DNA of 48,112 nt from Tubiluchus corallicola (Eukaryota; Animalia; Priapulida). How positions within the stretch are numbered: position 1 is the stretch's first letter; each line of letters opens with the position of its first letter. Under the pieces are notes generated by a model. It had not been told where the DNA came from, made no database searches, and saw nothing but the letters and a program-made list of their open reading frames with translations. The position numbers were made by a program, and so were the translations under genes. The stretch spans positions 1-48,112 of the forward strand of contig JAQGDQ010001308.1 in assembly GCA_030141605.1 (NCBI GenBank), written 5' to 3'. Shown here in pieces: positions 12,728-26,160 of the stretch.

Positions 12728-12957
12728 AGTTAATTTAATTCAAATAAATAAAATTATTATAAAATCAATGTAAATTTCAATGTTAATTTAATTCAGAATG
12801 GGGTTTTTTTACATTGTGGGATAAACAGAAATTATTTCAGCATAAATTTCAGAGTTAATTTAATTCAAATAAATAAAATTATTATAAAATCAATGTAAAT
12901 TTCAATGTTAATTTAATTCAAAATGGTTTTTTTACATTGTGGGATAAAACAGAAATT
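12728..12957. repeat. Direct duplication, 125-bp period
   Basis: AGTTAATTTAATTCAAATAAATAAAATT... at 12728 and 12853. Confidence 0.85.
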
Positions 12958-13235
12958 AATTCACACTGGTTATTTTACTGAATATTAATTTTCGTAAGAT
13001 TTAAATTTGTTTATTTTTGAGTATGTGATTGTAGATGAAATGAAATGTACTTTCAGTTGTTGTGCATACCAACATACATTAAATTAAAAACGGAGCAAAA
13101 AATAATCGTAAACAGATGTCAGTTATTGCAAGAATAAGAAAATTTTTCTTCAAGACTGAAGAAAGCGTGAAAGTGATTTTGTTTTTCTTTGTTCAAGTTT
13201 TTGCACGTCTTAAAAATGATATTTTAGGTGCACCG

Positions 13236-13507
13236 TTCTAGTTTAAAACAGTTCAGTCTGCTTATCCAGTTTGCCATTTCAAAATTGCTCAATTTAAAAA
13301 AACAAAAACAGAGCAGACAGAATAACGGATACGCTTTGAATGATGCTTTTTAAAATGTACAAAATCTTGAGTTGTGTCTAGTTTTTGTATATTTTTAAAA
13401 GCATCATTCAAAGTATACATATTTTTCTGTAAGTTCTGTTTATTTTCTAAACTGAGTTGCATTTTTTGTACGCCAAAATAGGCAGACTAAACTATTTTTA
13501 ACTAGAA
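13236..13507. mobile_element. Degenerate hairpin MITE
   Basis: TTCTAGTTTAAAACAGTTCAGTCTGC / GCAGACTAAACTATTTTTAACTAGAA outer arms; inner stem CTTTGAATGATGCTTTT / AAAAGCATCATTCAAAG. Confidence 0.7.
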
Positions 13508-15054
13508 TTTAATTAATAAATCAGAATAGTTAATATAAGTAGCTACTACAATGTGCCCAGTCAACGTTTTAACAAATTTCTGCTATATTAGCTATATTAG
13601 TAGTAATAGTGTATATTAAAGAGTAGCTATATTAAAGTAATATAGTGTAGTCAGTATCTTTACTTGACTGTTTGCCAATCAATGGTATTTTAACTTATAC
13701 GTATTAAAAAATAATAAATATATTAATTTTTACATTACGCATGTTAAGAGTTAAAAGCTTTCATACTTATGTAATACTTTACATTTTTTATCTAGTAAGA
13801 ATTATAGTATATACATAGTATATATATTATATATTATACATGTTATATCATCATTATGTTATGTTAAAAGTTAAAAGCTTTCATCATTATATGATACTTT
13901 CCCGTTTTTTTATATAGCAAAAAGTATCATATATGCTCATTTTATACCTGATATAAAAAATACTAAAAAATATTATTTTTTGCTATTTCTTTATGAAATT
14001 TTTGTATAACAATGTCATATTTTCAATAAAGATATACGTTTCAAAAGTTAAAAAGCTCTCTTAGAAAAAGTATAGTATATACCTAGTATATCTTTATTCT
14101 GTATATAATAATAAAGACATTATTTTTTTACAATTTTCTGATCAGTATGAAATTTTTGCAAAACCAATGCCTTATTTTGAATAAAGATATATATTTTAAA
14201 AGTTAAAGCCTTCTTCCTTATGTGATACTTTTCCATCTTATGGGTAATATAAGTCTACGTTTTTTTTTATTACTTCCTGGCTGGATGTTACCTTCATGAA
14301 ATGTTTCTCCTCCTTATTAATATTGTAGAAATTAATTTCCCTTTCTTTATTATTATTTCTTATGACAGCTATGTCACAGCTATGACAACTTTGTCAATGG
14401 CGTATATGCCTTCAACCAAACAATCATCATTTTAATTAGATCGTCAGAGATATTGTCGTTGCGCCTGTAAATTAGTTTGTATTCATGGCCGCGAGTTAGT
14501 GTGCCCAGCGGGCAATCATTGTGAATGTTTACTCATAAATGACCGCCTGTATTCTCAGCCAACAATCGCTGGTCATTACTGGTCATTACTCTTGAATGAC
14601 CACCGCATCAATCTAATCAATTAATGGGGGTTTAGTTGAAGCTGTGATTAGTATATTGATAGCATACGCTGGCTGTGCGCGCCGGCAATTTGCAAATGGC
14701 GATTTCATCGCTGCCAAACAATCGTGATGTCGTCGCTAGGGGGCGTATGTGACCCCGCCAGACAATGAAGTTTATTAATAACGCACTAGTATGATTGCGC
14801 AATGAATTCATAGTTATTTATTAAACAAAATCGACTTGTAAATTAAATAACTTATCTTTTTCTGTCGAATTTGAAACAGGTGCATTGCCTTGAAGATCGC
14901 CATGTTTCACGTCTTTGGCGTGAGTGAGCGAGAATGACGTACGCGGTGCAGAAAGTGTCTTTGGTTAACATCTCCACTGGTAGATTTAGCAATGTGTTGA
15001 TGTCTCTCAACATGCTGAAATGTTTGTAGAAAAGTGAATTAGTGGTGAATCTCT

Positions 15055-15630
15055 GCCATCATCCTGATCCTTGTTATAATTGTCATCTAATAATCATGTC
15101 CGTAACATTACTATTGTCATTGTCATCATCATCGTCAGCATCGTGCTTGTAGTCATCAGGAGACTCCACGTGATGACTATTGTAACTGCATTATCATATC
15201 ATTCATCATTATCTTCAACGTCGTTGTCAAAGTCTAATCATACTGAGTTATAAACCTTTCGTCATATGATATTATCATGTCCATAATTAGCGCATCATCG
15301 TCATTACCATCATTGTCATCATCATTATCATCATCATCATTAGCCTCATCACTGCTGCAATCACCATCACTGTTATATTCACATAAATATCTTTGTCATC
15401 ATCATAGTCGACGTCGTCATCATCATCATCATCATCATCATCATAGTCGACGTCATCATCATTATCATCATTGTCGTTATCATCATCATCACTGCTGCAA
15501 TCACTGTCATTATTGTCATCTTTCCCTCAACAGCATCATCATCATCATCATAGTCGACGTCATCATTATCATCATCAGTATTATCACAATCATCATTGTC
15601 GTCGTCGCCATCATCATCATCATTGTTCTA
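15055..15630. repeat. Degenerate (CAT)n microsatellite
   Basis: Trinucleotide periodicity; source of the poly-His/Ser/Ile pseudo-ORFs. Confidence 0.9.
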
Positions 15631-16097
15631 TCACTTTTTTCATACATGCATATTCCAATGTCTATTAAGAGTTTTTATGGAATTCTGAGCATCACATCAA
15701 AATTGATAGGAAATTTAATAACAGCTGAAAATGGAGGCCGCCACTTTTACCGTGTAAATCAAATTTCAGTGGTGAATAAATCTTCATTTTAAGCTAAATT
15801 ATATTTACAACTCGAGTGGTGTGTGCATTTGTGCCTTGCAAGCTGCGGGTTTTTTCCCCTCATTATTTTAGAATGCCTAGCCGAGTAAAGGCTGGCGAGT
15901 GTAATGCAGGGTTTGGGCCTGGCATATTGTCCTGTAATGAATTTAGCGTGTTGCGTCGATGCAACACGTCCACTCAATCGTAATTTCATTATGAAAGTCG
16001 TTGAGAGAACGCCTCGCAAGTAATATTCCTCGTCAGATCCTGTGAAAGGGTTTCCCTAATTGTGTTATAGGGACGTGCATGCACTCTCGCTTCGCGT

Positions 16098-16111
16098 CCA
16101 CGAGGGGGCGC
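16098..16111 (+). promoter_or_regulatory. CTCF-like motif CCACGAGGGGGCGC in a GC-rich island
   Basis: One mismatch to the CTCF core CCACCAGGGGGCGC; motif match only. Confidence 0.4.
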
Positions 16112-16322
16112 ACGGCGTTCCTTGTAGCCCGCTGGCGGTCGGGCGGATTCCGCGTGCTAAACGTTGGCGGAGTAAATCTATTGTTAAATTTGGTTCTGTT
16201 TTTTTTTAATGTGGGCGGAGCTGCATTACCAGGCGAAGCCAGTAGTGACGTAATGAGCAGACATTGACGAAATTGACAGGGCAGCTCGTTGAATGGTCTT
16301 GCTTTTGAACGTTGCTCAAAGC

Positions 16323-16891
16323 AATCTACTCTGTAAAATATTAAAAGGGAACATACTATTTTTTCAAGAATGAGTTATGAACGTGAAAGAATTATTACCG
16401 CAGAAATGTAGTCTCGCATTCACGCGGCTAGTTCCATGCTGTTACATGGATTTTGCCATTCGCTAGTTAGATGGGCACTAGTGCCTGCATCTAGCAAACG
16501 TATTGCACCAAAAACAGGTTTTGTACCTGTTAGTTCAGAAGTATTCGGTTGTGACGTAGTACACACGCTCAAGAGCTCATGTGTGAGCACAGTGGAAAAC
16601 TTGAAATTTGAATTTTAGACTTAAAATTTGTCGAGTTTTTGTATATCACATGGAATGTTGTACTGTATTTCAGTTTTCACTTTTACGTACACGTGCAACG
16701 ATGTTTCTGCTGCTGAAGATTACGCTCATTTATGACGTCATCACTAGTTGGGCTCGGCCACCCTTAATTAAGTTTTTAACCTATTATTTAATTATCAGAA
16801 ACGCTTTAGCATTATCATCGGTGTAAACATGCACACCTTTTACCGTGCTTTAAAGTGGGGAAGGATGTCAAAAATCATCCTTTTTCTTTAA
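16323..16891 (+). mobile_element. Family A non-autonomous DNA transposon (Kolobok-like), copy 1
   Basis: Shares TTGAAATTTGAATTTT, ACACGTGCAAC, TTAATTAAGTTTTTAA and the AAAAATCATCC...TTAA end with other copies. Confidence 0.7.
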
Positions 16892-17625
16892 CCGGATCTC
16901 ATAGTACTGGGTCACTTTTTGATGTATTTTCCCCCGACTGCATGACCGTTCAACCAGGTTAAATTACGAACTTATGAAAAACATGTTTAGTTTGGAATGT
17001 CCTTCAAAAACCATATCTCGCTATCCAGCTACTGGCTGTTCCAGTGTTGCTTAACTGGCAGGCCACCGTACTGCGCAACTAAATTAAGAGGCGCGAATTA
17101 ATTTTGCTATGAATTAATGTATTCAATCAGCACTGTGATATATATATATGTAGGTGTGTTTGTTATAAATTGTGGTTTTTTTTAATCAACTTCGGTTAAA
17201 AAGAGTCATGTGTTTATAGGGACGTGTTCCTGTATGCGTTGTTTATTTAAGTGTGTGATTTGTTTATTGTACTTGTGTTTATGTTTGTGAAATAAAGCAT
17301 TTATTATTATTTACTAGATAACCAAGACTATAAATAGCTGCCCCCTATAACTTGACCTTGACTCAAACAGCTTTTACAACCATTAAATTCACATCAGTTC
17401 AGTATTGAACCTTAACTACGTAACTCTTGTACTTGTAAAATGCATGTTCCTTGTTCAAAATCTCAGCGTTCACTTTCATTCAGTGATCTGCAGCAAAAAG
17501 TAAATATTAATTTAAGCAACAAAATTTAGATATAAAACTCGCAAAGTAGTTACAGCTAACCGGACGCGAGCTTTCACTGTGAAATGAACTTTCTTGCCGC
17601 TTGACTCGTAAATTTTCTAAATATT

Positions 17626-18747
17626 TTCTAACAACAATTCCGCGCGTCATTTTTGCTTGCGTCCTCACTGTGAAATGGGCTTAACAGACACAGTCAAAGA
17701 CAAAATTCTAACAACAATTCCGCTCGTCATTTTTGCTTGCGTCCTCACTGTGAAATGGGCTTAACAGACCCAGACAAAGACAAAATTCTAACAACAATTC
17801 CGCGCGATATTTTTGCTTGCGTCCTCACTGTGAAATGGGCTTAACAGACACAGTCAAAAGACAAACTTCTAACAACAATTCCGCGCGTCATTTTTGCTTG
17901 CGTCCTCACTGTGAAATGGGCTTAACAGACACAGTCAAAGACAAACTTCTAACAACAATTCCGCGCGTCATTTTTGCTTGCGTCCTCACTGTGAAATGGG
18001 CTTAACAGACACAGTCAAAGACAAAATTCTAACAACAATTCCGCGCGTCATTTTTGCTTGCGTCCTCACTGTGAAATGGGCTTAACAGACCCAGTCAAAG
18101 TCAAACTTCTAACAGCAATTCCGCGCGTCATTTTTGCTTGCGTCTTCACTGTGAAATGGGCTTAACAGACACAGTCAAAGACAAACTTCTAACAGCAATT
18201 CCGCGCGTCATTTTTGCTTGCGTCCTCACTGTGAAATGGGCTTAACAGACACAGTCAAAGACAAAATTCTAACAACAATTCCGCGCGTCATTTTTGCTTG
18301 CGTCCTCACTGTGAAATGGGCTTAACAGACCCAGTCAAAGTCAAACTTCTAACAGCAATTCCGCGCGTCATTTTTGCTTGCGTCCTCACTGTGAAATGGG
18401 CTTAACAGACACAGTCAAAGACAAACTTCTAACAACAATTCCGCGCGTCATTTTTGCTTGCGTCCTCACTGTGAAATGGGCTTAACAGACACAGTCAAAG
18501 ACAAAATTCTAACAACAATTCCGCGCGTCATTTTTGCTTGCGTCCTCACTGTGAAATGGGCTTAACAGACCAAGTCAAAGACAAAATTCTAACAACAATT
18601 CCGCGCGTCATTTTTGCTTGCGTCCTCACTGTGAAATGGGCTTAACAGACACAGTCAAAGACAAAATTCTAACAGCAATTCCGCGCGTCATTTTTGCTTG
18701 CGTCCTCACTGTGAAATGGGCTTAACAGACACAGTCAATGACAAACT
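17626..18747. repeat. 80-bp satellite, ~14 near-identical copies
   Basis: Unit TTCTAACAACAATTCCGCGCGTCATTTTTGCTTGCGTCCTCACTGTGAAATGGGCTTAACAGACACAGTCAAAGACAAAA. Confidence 0.98.
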
Positions 18748-19204
18748 GATTGTTTTTCATTGATGAGCTTGTACTTTCACTGTAAACACTGATTTGATCA
18801 AAGTTACAATAATAAGTGCTCCAAATTGGCGCCATTATTCGCATAATATCGGCCATCATTATTTCAGCCATTGATTCGAACGTGAACTGGCAGTTAATTC
18901 GGAACACAATCGGCGACTGATTACCGTCCGAATTCGATGCTAGTTTTACTGTCCGCCGCTCGGATGATGTTCATTTTGTTTTTCTGATTGGCCGGGCGGC
19001 TCCATTCTAGGAAGGGGGTTGCAAGTTTTCGTAACGCACATCATTTTCTGGTAGTAAAGAATTAAGTTTCGCCGTTTTGATTGCATCTTGGTCTTTTTCT
19101 TTATTATTTTTTCTTTGTTATTCTTTAGTAAGCTCGCGTTTTGCACAGATTCGAAATTATTTCGAACCACATACTTAGAATATCAGAAAGCATCAACAAC
19201 GTTG

Positions 19205-19265
19205 TTGCCCAACTCGGATTCGAACCCACATCCTTTGTAGCAGAGAATTCGCCCATTGCCCTCAT
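19205..19265 (-). mobile_element. tRNA-derived SINE-like head, degenerate
   Basis: Perfect B box GGTTCGAATCC (19216-19226, - strand); poor A box; no cloverleaf. Confidence 0.35.
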
Positions 19266-20242
19266 TTTAATAATCGCGTTCCGGTGGTTGATCATGATTC
19301 AGAAACAAGATTCTATTTTTTGTAAAAAAAATCACCTTGCGGCTTTAAAAAACAAGATATCAGTTTTTGCCGAAAAAATAATGTTTAGACCGAAAGAGCA
19401 AGATTTCACTTCTTGCAAAAAAATCAGATTAGTGCCGTCTGGCCGCTTTAATAAATCATTTATCATATTGCGCAAGCTCAATTACCATCCCGGCGGTAAC
19501 ACAACAATAACCGGGGTCAATAAAGTTGCTGATGCTGCTGCTCGGAGGCTGAGCATCTTCTTTATCCGTTGCTCCCATTTGCACTAATAATGTCCGCTTG
19601 ACTTTTCTCATATGTTGCTTTATTCGGGCGTGTAATGAGTCGTGATTGTGTCAAATTGTGCATATATCATGTTAATACAGCGCGTAAAGATGCGGCTTGG
19701 TGGTTTTCAAGTCCTAAAAATTGTTTTTCGCCCTGTATTATTGGGTCTTATTGCAAATTTGGGGATGTCAGATATGAGCTACCTCTTAACCTGACTTATT
19801 ACAGAACCGTAAAGGCCAAATCTTCGAAATTGAAAAGTGCACAACCGTTTGTGTATTTTTTCAAACGAAATTTTTGTAGTCGGTTAAAATGAACCACAAC
19901 AGAGTAGCAATACAGACGCGCTACTGCGGGCTTTAGACTGGTTTTAAAAGCTGCACGTGCCTGTATTAGTTTCGTAACATTGTAATAGATGGCGACACTA
20001 TTGCTGTAAACACTTTGTGGTGTAACTGGTGCTATCTTTTGAGGCAGGCTAGTAATACGAAAAAGTTATTAAAAGCAAAAATTTCAGTTAATAAAAAAAT
20101 TTGTTATTTTATAATATTATATATTATTTATAAAAGTGCTGAGTACACTGCTTCTAATTGATATTTTTTATTACTGCGAATACATTATCTGAGGGATTTC
20201 ACATCTTTGTTGCTGAGTTGTGCTGCAAGGTGAACAATGCTT

Positions 20243-20527
20243 TTATGGAATTTGTTGCCGACCGTTTTCGAACAAACTGTTTATTGTCAAGGCATCTAAA
20301 ACAAAGAAATTTACAGAATTTAGAAACGACATCGAAATACAATTCAGTAGTTAAGATAGGCAAAAGATATATGATATAGATATATATCATTATATAGATA
20401 ATTTAACAATTTATCTTCCAGATTACGTATACGTATCTTGATTGGTACGAACCTATACTACACTTAATATAGCATAGTGTAGCATAGTTTCATACCAATC
20501 AAGATATGTAATCATCTTTTGGCTATC
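20243..20527 (+). mobile_element. Fold-back family B, partial copy (one internal unit, right arm truncated)
   Basis: Colinear with 7261-7760, including the inner hairpin. Confidence 0.8.
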
Positions 20528-22139
20528 ACAGTAATAAAAAATATCAGTTAGAAGCTAACTGTCTATCTGTCTGTCACCATGGCCATGGGATGACGAATGA
20601 GTACTATTCCACTATAAAAACGTATGGCATATACTTTAAATTACATTTAAACACAAGTGAACGGCGACACTTTACTCCTCGACTGTTTATTAGGTATGAT
20701 TTCATGTATTTGCCATATCCCAAGCGTCTGGAGATTCTACATCTAAAGTCTTTAAATGAAGGACGGATTCAAAAAGATTTCGCTTTATGCTACTAGATTA
20801 TTCATAGAAATGTCGATGTTGATTTTGACTAATTTTCGGCAATAAATTTCATTTGATGTGAATGTTTTTATTTAGCCATTCTGAAGCGCCCCCCCTCCCC
20901 CGCCCATCGCCCTGGATCTTATATTTCCTCTCCCTTGAATTGGCTTCCCTGCTAATGACAAGCGTTTAATCGCCTAGTTATTAGTATAAGTGATGTTCTT
21001 AGCATAGAGAGTTGATTCTTCCCTTCCTAATCCTTCCCTAATCCCCGATTAGATCGCCGGGATTGCTGCCACGAGCAGCCTCGTCGCGAGGTACAGTCTG
21101 GCAATGATGACCATCTCAACGCCCTCTCAGCACCACTCCTGCGCCCTCTCGTGGCGATGGTGAGCACCACTCTCGCGTCCATCGACGTCCACGAGTGCAT
21201 GTTTGAACTGCAACTCGACAACCGAGATTTTCGCCTGTGTGTACATAACTCAACACAGTTCAGCAAATGAAGCGGATGATGAGAATGGAAAGTGCCATGG
21301 CAACACGGATGAGGAGGCTGAGGAAAAATTCGCCATTTTGAGGAAAAAACAGTCCTACTTCATTGCTAGGCCTGCTGGTAGTTTATCCGACGGAGTAACT
21401 GCCCGGCAGGTTTGGTAAAAGGCACCATAGAAACAGGGATGTTGCTACCGGGATGAGGAAGCTGAGGAAAAACTCGCCATTTCTCTTGTTGACTCAGCAG
21501 CTTCTTTATTTGATTTGCCCAGAGGAAGGCGTGCGTAATGGTGAATTAATTGCATGTCTAAATGACCTGTAGAATTGCGCAACGCATTAGCCATTTGCTG
21601 TGTGTTTGTTTGTTCTTCCGTCCTTCCGTTCTTTTTATTACGGCTGCGCAAGTAGGATTTTCCTTTCTTACAAAATGGTGCACTTGTTTGATTATGCCGT
21701 CTAAATGCAAATATAACATTTAAATATAATTTGTAGACATAAACATGATTATAAATATAAAAAACGAGGTATTTATAGAATGTCTAATATAAATATAATA
21801 TAATTATGTGTAACTTCCTTTAGTAACCAGATAAACAAGTTTTCTGATAAATGTTTTTTTTCTCTTTGTATAGACAGAATTTAGTGATAGGGTGCTTTCA
21901 CACTGCTGCTTATTAATTTGAAATGAATTTTTTTCAAAATGTTCAAAAGAATTGATATTTGAACTTAGCGTAGCATATGCTGTGAACCTATTCTAGTATA
22001 AAACAGTGTTTTAAATGTAAACTCTCTCAAATGCAAAACATATTTTATATCGCGCATTTACAAATTTATTTTATTTATAATTTGTTTATATTTACTATGT
22101 ATATTTATACATCTGGTTGCATTGTATGTTTCTTTACCT

Positions 22140-22285
22140 ATTATGATAATTTAATAATAATAATAATGATAATAATAGTTTAGTAACTATATTACTTATA
22201 ATAATAATAGTAGTAGTAATAATAACAATAATAATAATGATAATAATAATAATAATAACAACAATAACAATAATAATAATAATAC
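22140..22285. repeat. (AAT)n microsatellite, imperfect
   Basis: Seen directly. Confidence 0.9.
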
Positions 22286-22687
22286 TAAATTAGTGGACAT
22301 GTAAAAATTAACTTGATATAAGATACCCATTTTTATTTTTATATATATATATTAGTTGTTTATCGTTGTTGTTTGTTTTATGTTCTTATGTTGTATAAAA
22401 TCAACAAAATTCTGTTAAACACATATGGATGAGTAATTTTTTCAAAACATATTTTATTTTACACATTTAGTCACATTATTCCATCAATACACGATCAATA
22501 CTATGAGTGCCAGCTTTTCGTAAAATTGCTAATACATATTTAGTTTTCATGCAAAAAGGACAGTATCAGCCTGTGAAGTTTGTCGTCTTGTATACCACGT
22601 CACTCAGTCAAAGCAGATTACTTATTAAAATTAAAGTTCTATTAAAATAAATGATGTAAATTAAAATAATATCATATATAATAATAT

Positions 22688-23002
22688 TGTAACGGATCCG
22701 GGTTCCAGCGCGGATCCGTCTCAGGATGTACAGAGCGGCATACAAGTTATGAAATATCACAGCAGACGAGAAAAGTTAAAAGATACGGAATGCGAGTGTG
22801 AACTAAACTTAATGTATAACGGGTATCTCCAAAAGAATGACATGTGAACAGACTTTTGTATAAAAATTAGCAAGCCTGCAGCATTCACCTTTACAAACAG
22901 ACGGCCAGGTTGGAATAGTCAAATTCTGTTTGATACAGGTACATTTGCATTACTGGGCTTCTCAACCATACCAGGGGTTAGTCAAAATCTGGCTTCATAA
23001 CA
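22688..23002 (-). mobile_element. Putative solo LTR, 315 bp
   Basis: GC-richer block in AT-rich DNA bounded by TGTAAC...ATAACA; flanks ATAT/CTAT suggest a 4-bp TSD with one mismatch. Strand is tentative. Confidence 0.5.
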
Positions 23003-24868
23003 CTATAATATAATAATATAAATAATAATAAGCTTAATAAAAATGAAATCACAATAATAACAGTACTAATACTGTAACATAGAAAACAAACAAAAAAAAC
23101 ATTCGCTTATTCCATTATTTAACTATCACCAATTCAGTGAACAATTGACTGACACATTTTTCTTGAATTTATATACAATATCTTAATCATCTGTTTATAT
23201 AAAATGCTGCACTTATCATTTCTCGTATTTGAATTAAAATAATTTAAAGGAAAATTACATACAATTTATATTAATATGTATTTATATAAATGTTCATATA
23301 CAAATGTCTATACAAATTCCACTGTTATTTTAATTTCCAGCCACACAGTTCATAAATTATAAGTAGTAAATGTCGTTGAAATAAAATAAAATCATTATAA
23401 AATGATAAATATTATACGTGGATTTAAAAAAATAGAATCATTATAATTACACACAATTATAAAACATTAAAAGACATTGCATTATATCCTATATCAGAAA
23501 CAGCATGCTCCAATCTCCCTACTCTAACCACAGTGCCATCTTTCTCCGCATCGATTATACTGTCACATGAATACTCGCACAAGTGTAGATTAGCATATTA
23601 AACAGATTTGAGGCTGTTACGTATTTACTTACTGACAGGAGCCAGTAGCATTGTTTTACTCTTGTTAGCTTAACTGTTGGATTAGCTGAATGTATGCGTG
23701 TGCCGTGTGTAATCTTACTCACCAGCATTTACTGACAGATTTGTCATGTAAAGGTCACATTATACATTTAACATTGAACCATTTATACTACCGTTCCAGC
23801 TATAGTAAAAAAAGGTTTCCTAGCCTACAGATATAAGAACTGGTAATAGCTAGTACCATTAAAATTCATATTTTTTAATACACTAACGATTCATATCTTA
23901 GCTTTGCAAAAATTTAACCAATCATCACATTTACTCATCAATAATTCAGTTAAGTACAGAATCATTTTTTATTTATTACAAATAAAAGAAATGCATACGT
24001 TTAGTACAAAAGCAGGAATTACACACACTAAAACAAATGTAGCAGTAACACACAAACAAAACATTTAGTATGGAAACACTGTATACAGCACTATATAAAG
24101 ATATCTATATTAACTTCTTATAACCTCTTGCTTTATCTTAGCTTTCAAAAAATCAAACTTTAGTATTACCTCTTTTAATAAATAATTCTGTAGTACAAAT
24201 TAATTTTTCTATAATATTAGCATTATACTTTTTGTCATGCTGTTTTAAATTGCACATATAAATGCAAAAGAAATTAGTTTATTATCTCACTCATGGTGGG
24301 TAGCACTAATACTACATTTTATTTACTTATTTATTTATAATGTTTACTGGTACTCTCACACGATACAGCAAATACACAAAAAACAACACATGATGAGAAT
24401 TATGGTATGAATTATTTCAAGTTCTACACAGATAAGGAAAAAAGTACAATTTGTTAAAGAAGAGTAAAGAAAAATAATAAAGAAAAACCATAGAAACAAT
24501 TTATGCTTTATATTCGGGAAGTTTAGTTAATTTTCCAAAAACTGCTTTCACTTTATGCAGTAAATAAAAAAAATCTCACTTCCCCCATTTCTCATTCACA
24601 GCCATGTTGAGCAATGATTCAAATTTGATATTATTTACTTATGTTCTATTGACAGACATTCAGAAGAAGAATATTTAAAATAACCATCCCTCGCCCGTGT
24701 GAATACCTGCAGTTTCCTGTATAACGCTTCGGGTACATCCCGGTAATTTTGATCTTCGGCAACTTCAAACGTCCCGGCTCGCTTGTCGAAAACTTTATCC
24801 GCAGGTTTAGGAAACATCACTGCTCACGTAGATCGCTAATTGTGTTTTTGAGTTTGTTTGATTTATAG

Positions 24869-24908
24869 CTTGACTCTCATCATTCTTGCCACCATGACGG
24901 GCCTCTCC
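24869..24908 (+). other. Candidate start-codon exon (GCCACC-ATG ACG GGC CTC TCC|gtaagc; MTGLS)
   Basis: Perfect Kozak context with ATG at 24894; preceded by a 64-nt GT..AG segment (24805-24868) with a CTAAT branch point. Confidence 0.3.
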
Positions 24909-25444
24909 GTAAGCGTGTATTTGTCCTTTAACAATCCGTGTAATTACTTAAAGCTACAAGGTTTCAAGGGGCATTATTTAGTTTCACTATTAAAATACAC
25001 ACAAACACTTAACTCTCACACTACGTAACGTATACAAGTAGCAATATTTTCAATAAACTTTATTACTTTATTGCACACCGGCCGGGATGCTTATGCAGCT
25101 CAGTGGCCACTCATGAATTGATGTTGAGTATTTATTTTTGCAGTCACTTCATACCAAGTAAATGGTTTAAAAGCTTAAAGTTGTGAGTACCCTTAACACA
25201 GGCCCTGAGTTCCACTAAAACTACTGTAGGCTTCTGACAAGGTGCTATGATTTAAAAACAGCTTATAAACTGTTGATATGAGTCATTTTCTGCATATCAT
25301 ACAATAGATGACAGCGTATTTAGTGGTATTATGTAAAATAAATAAAATTATCGTATAAGTAGATATGGCTTTTATCATTATATTGCACATTAATTGTTAT
25401 ATTTGCTTTCGTTATCATTTTACGTATCTTATGGCCTTTACTTA

Positions 25445-26140
25445 TCTTATCTGTATAATCTGTATAATCTGTATACAATAATCTGTATTGTTATCTTGTG
25501 AGAAATACAGCTGTATATTGATGGTTTTAGTTTTTCCCGTCCAAATATGTTTTCTGTTTATATTATTGTTACCTGGTGAGAATTACAGCTGTTTATTGAT
25601 TACTTTGTCCTTGTTTTATTTTTTTCCACCCAAATTTGGTTCCTGTTTCTCTTTTGTACATTTCAAATACATTTCAAAAAGAAACTCACATTTTGTAATT
25701 ACTCCGGATTATAAATTGCATTTACATATGAAACAGTGTTACATCGATAGCTGTGCTATTTACTTAAGGCATAATTTCCTTTTTTGATGCATGGGGGAAA
25801 CTTAGTAGTGCAAGATATAGATATTTTTAGAAAATGTGTAGATTTCATAAAATTAATGCAATACTGCTGTTTCAATAATTTTTAATCTTTCTTTGAAATC
25901 TGCATCCTTAAATCCATTCCTGTTCAAAAGAGAAACAGGAACCATTTTTGGGTGCAAGAAAATAAAACAAGAATAAAATAATCAATAAACAGCTGTAATT
26001 CTCACTAGGTAACAATACATATAAACAGAAAACATTTGGACTTGAAAAAATAAAACAACCAATATATAGCTGTATTTCTGACAAGATAACAATACATATT
26101 ATTGTATACAGATTATATACAGGTTATACAGATAACAAGA
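25445..26140. mobile_element. Fold-back element with ~215-bp inverted arms
   Basis: e.g. GGTTCCTGTTTCTCTTTTG / CAAAAGAGAAACAGGAACC and GAGAATTACAGCTGTTTATTGATTA / TAATCAATAAACAGCTGTAATTCTC. Confidence 0.8.
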
Positions 26141-26160
26141 CAATATAGATAAACACAAAC

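Noticed and set aside
15277-15792. His/Ser-rich 171-aa ORF
   Set aside because: (CAT)n microsatellite with frame-drifting homopolymers and no splice support.
17650-17675. RSS-like CACAGTG...GCAAAAATG on the - strand of the 80-bp unit
   Set aside because: Spacer is 9 nt rather than 12 or 23, the nonamer is poor, and no RAG/Transib ORF is present.
21027-21418. Overlapping 70-80-aa ORFs in a GC-rich patch
   Set aside because: No recognisable domain and no consistent splice sites or ATG start.
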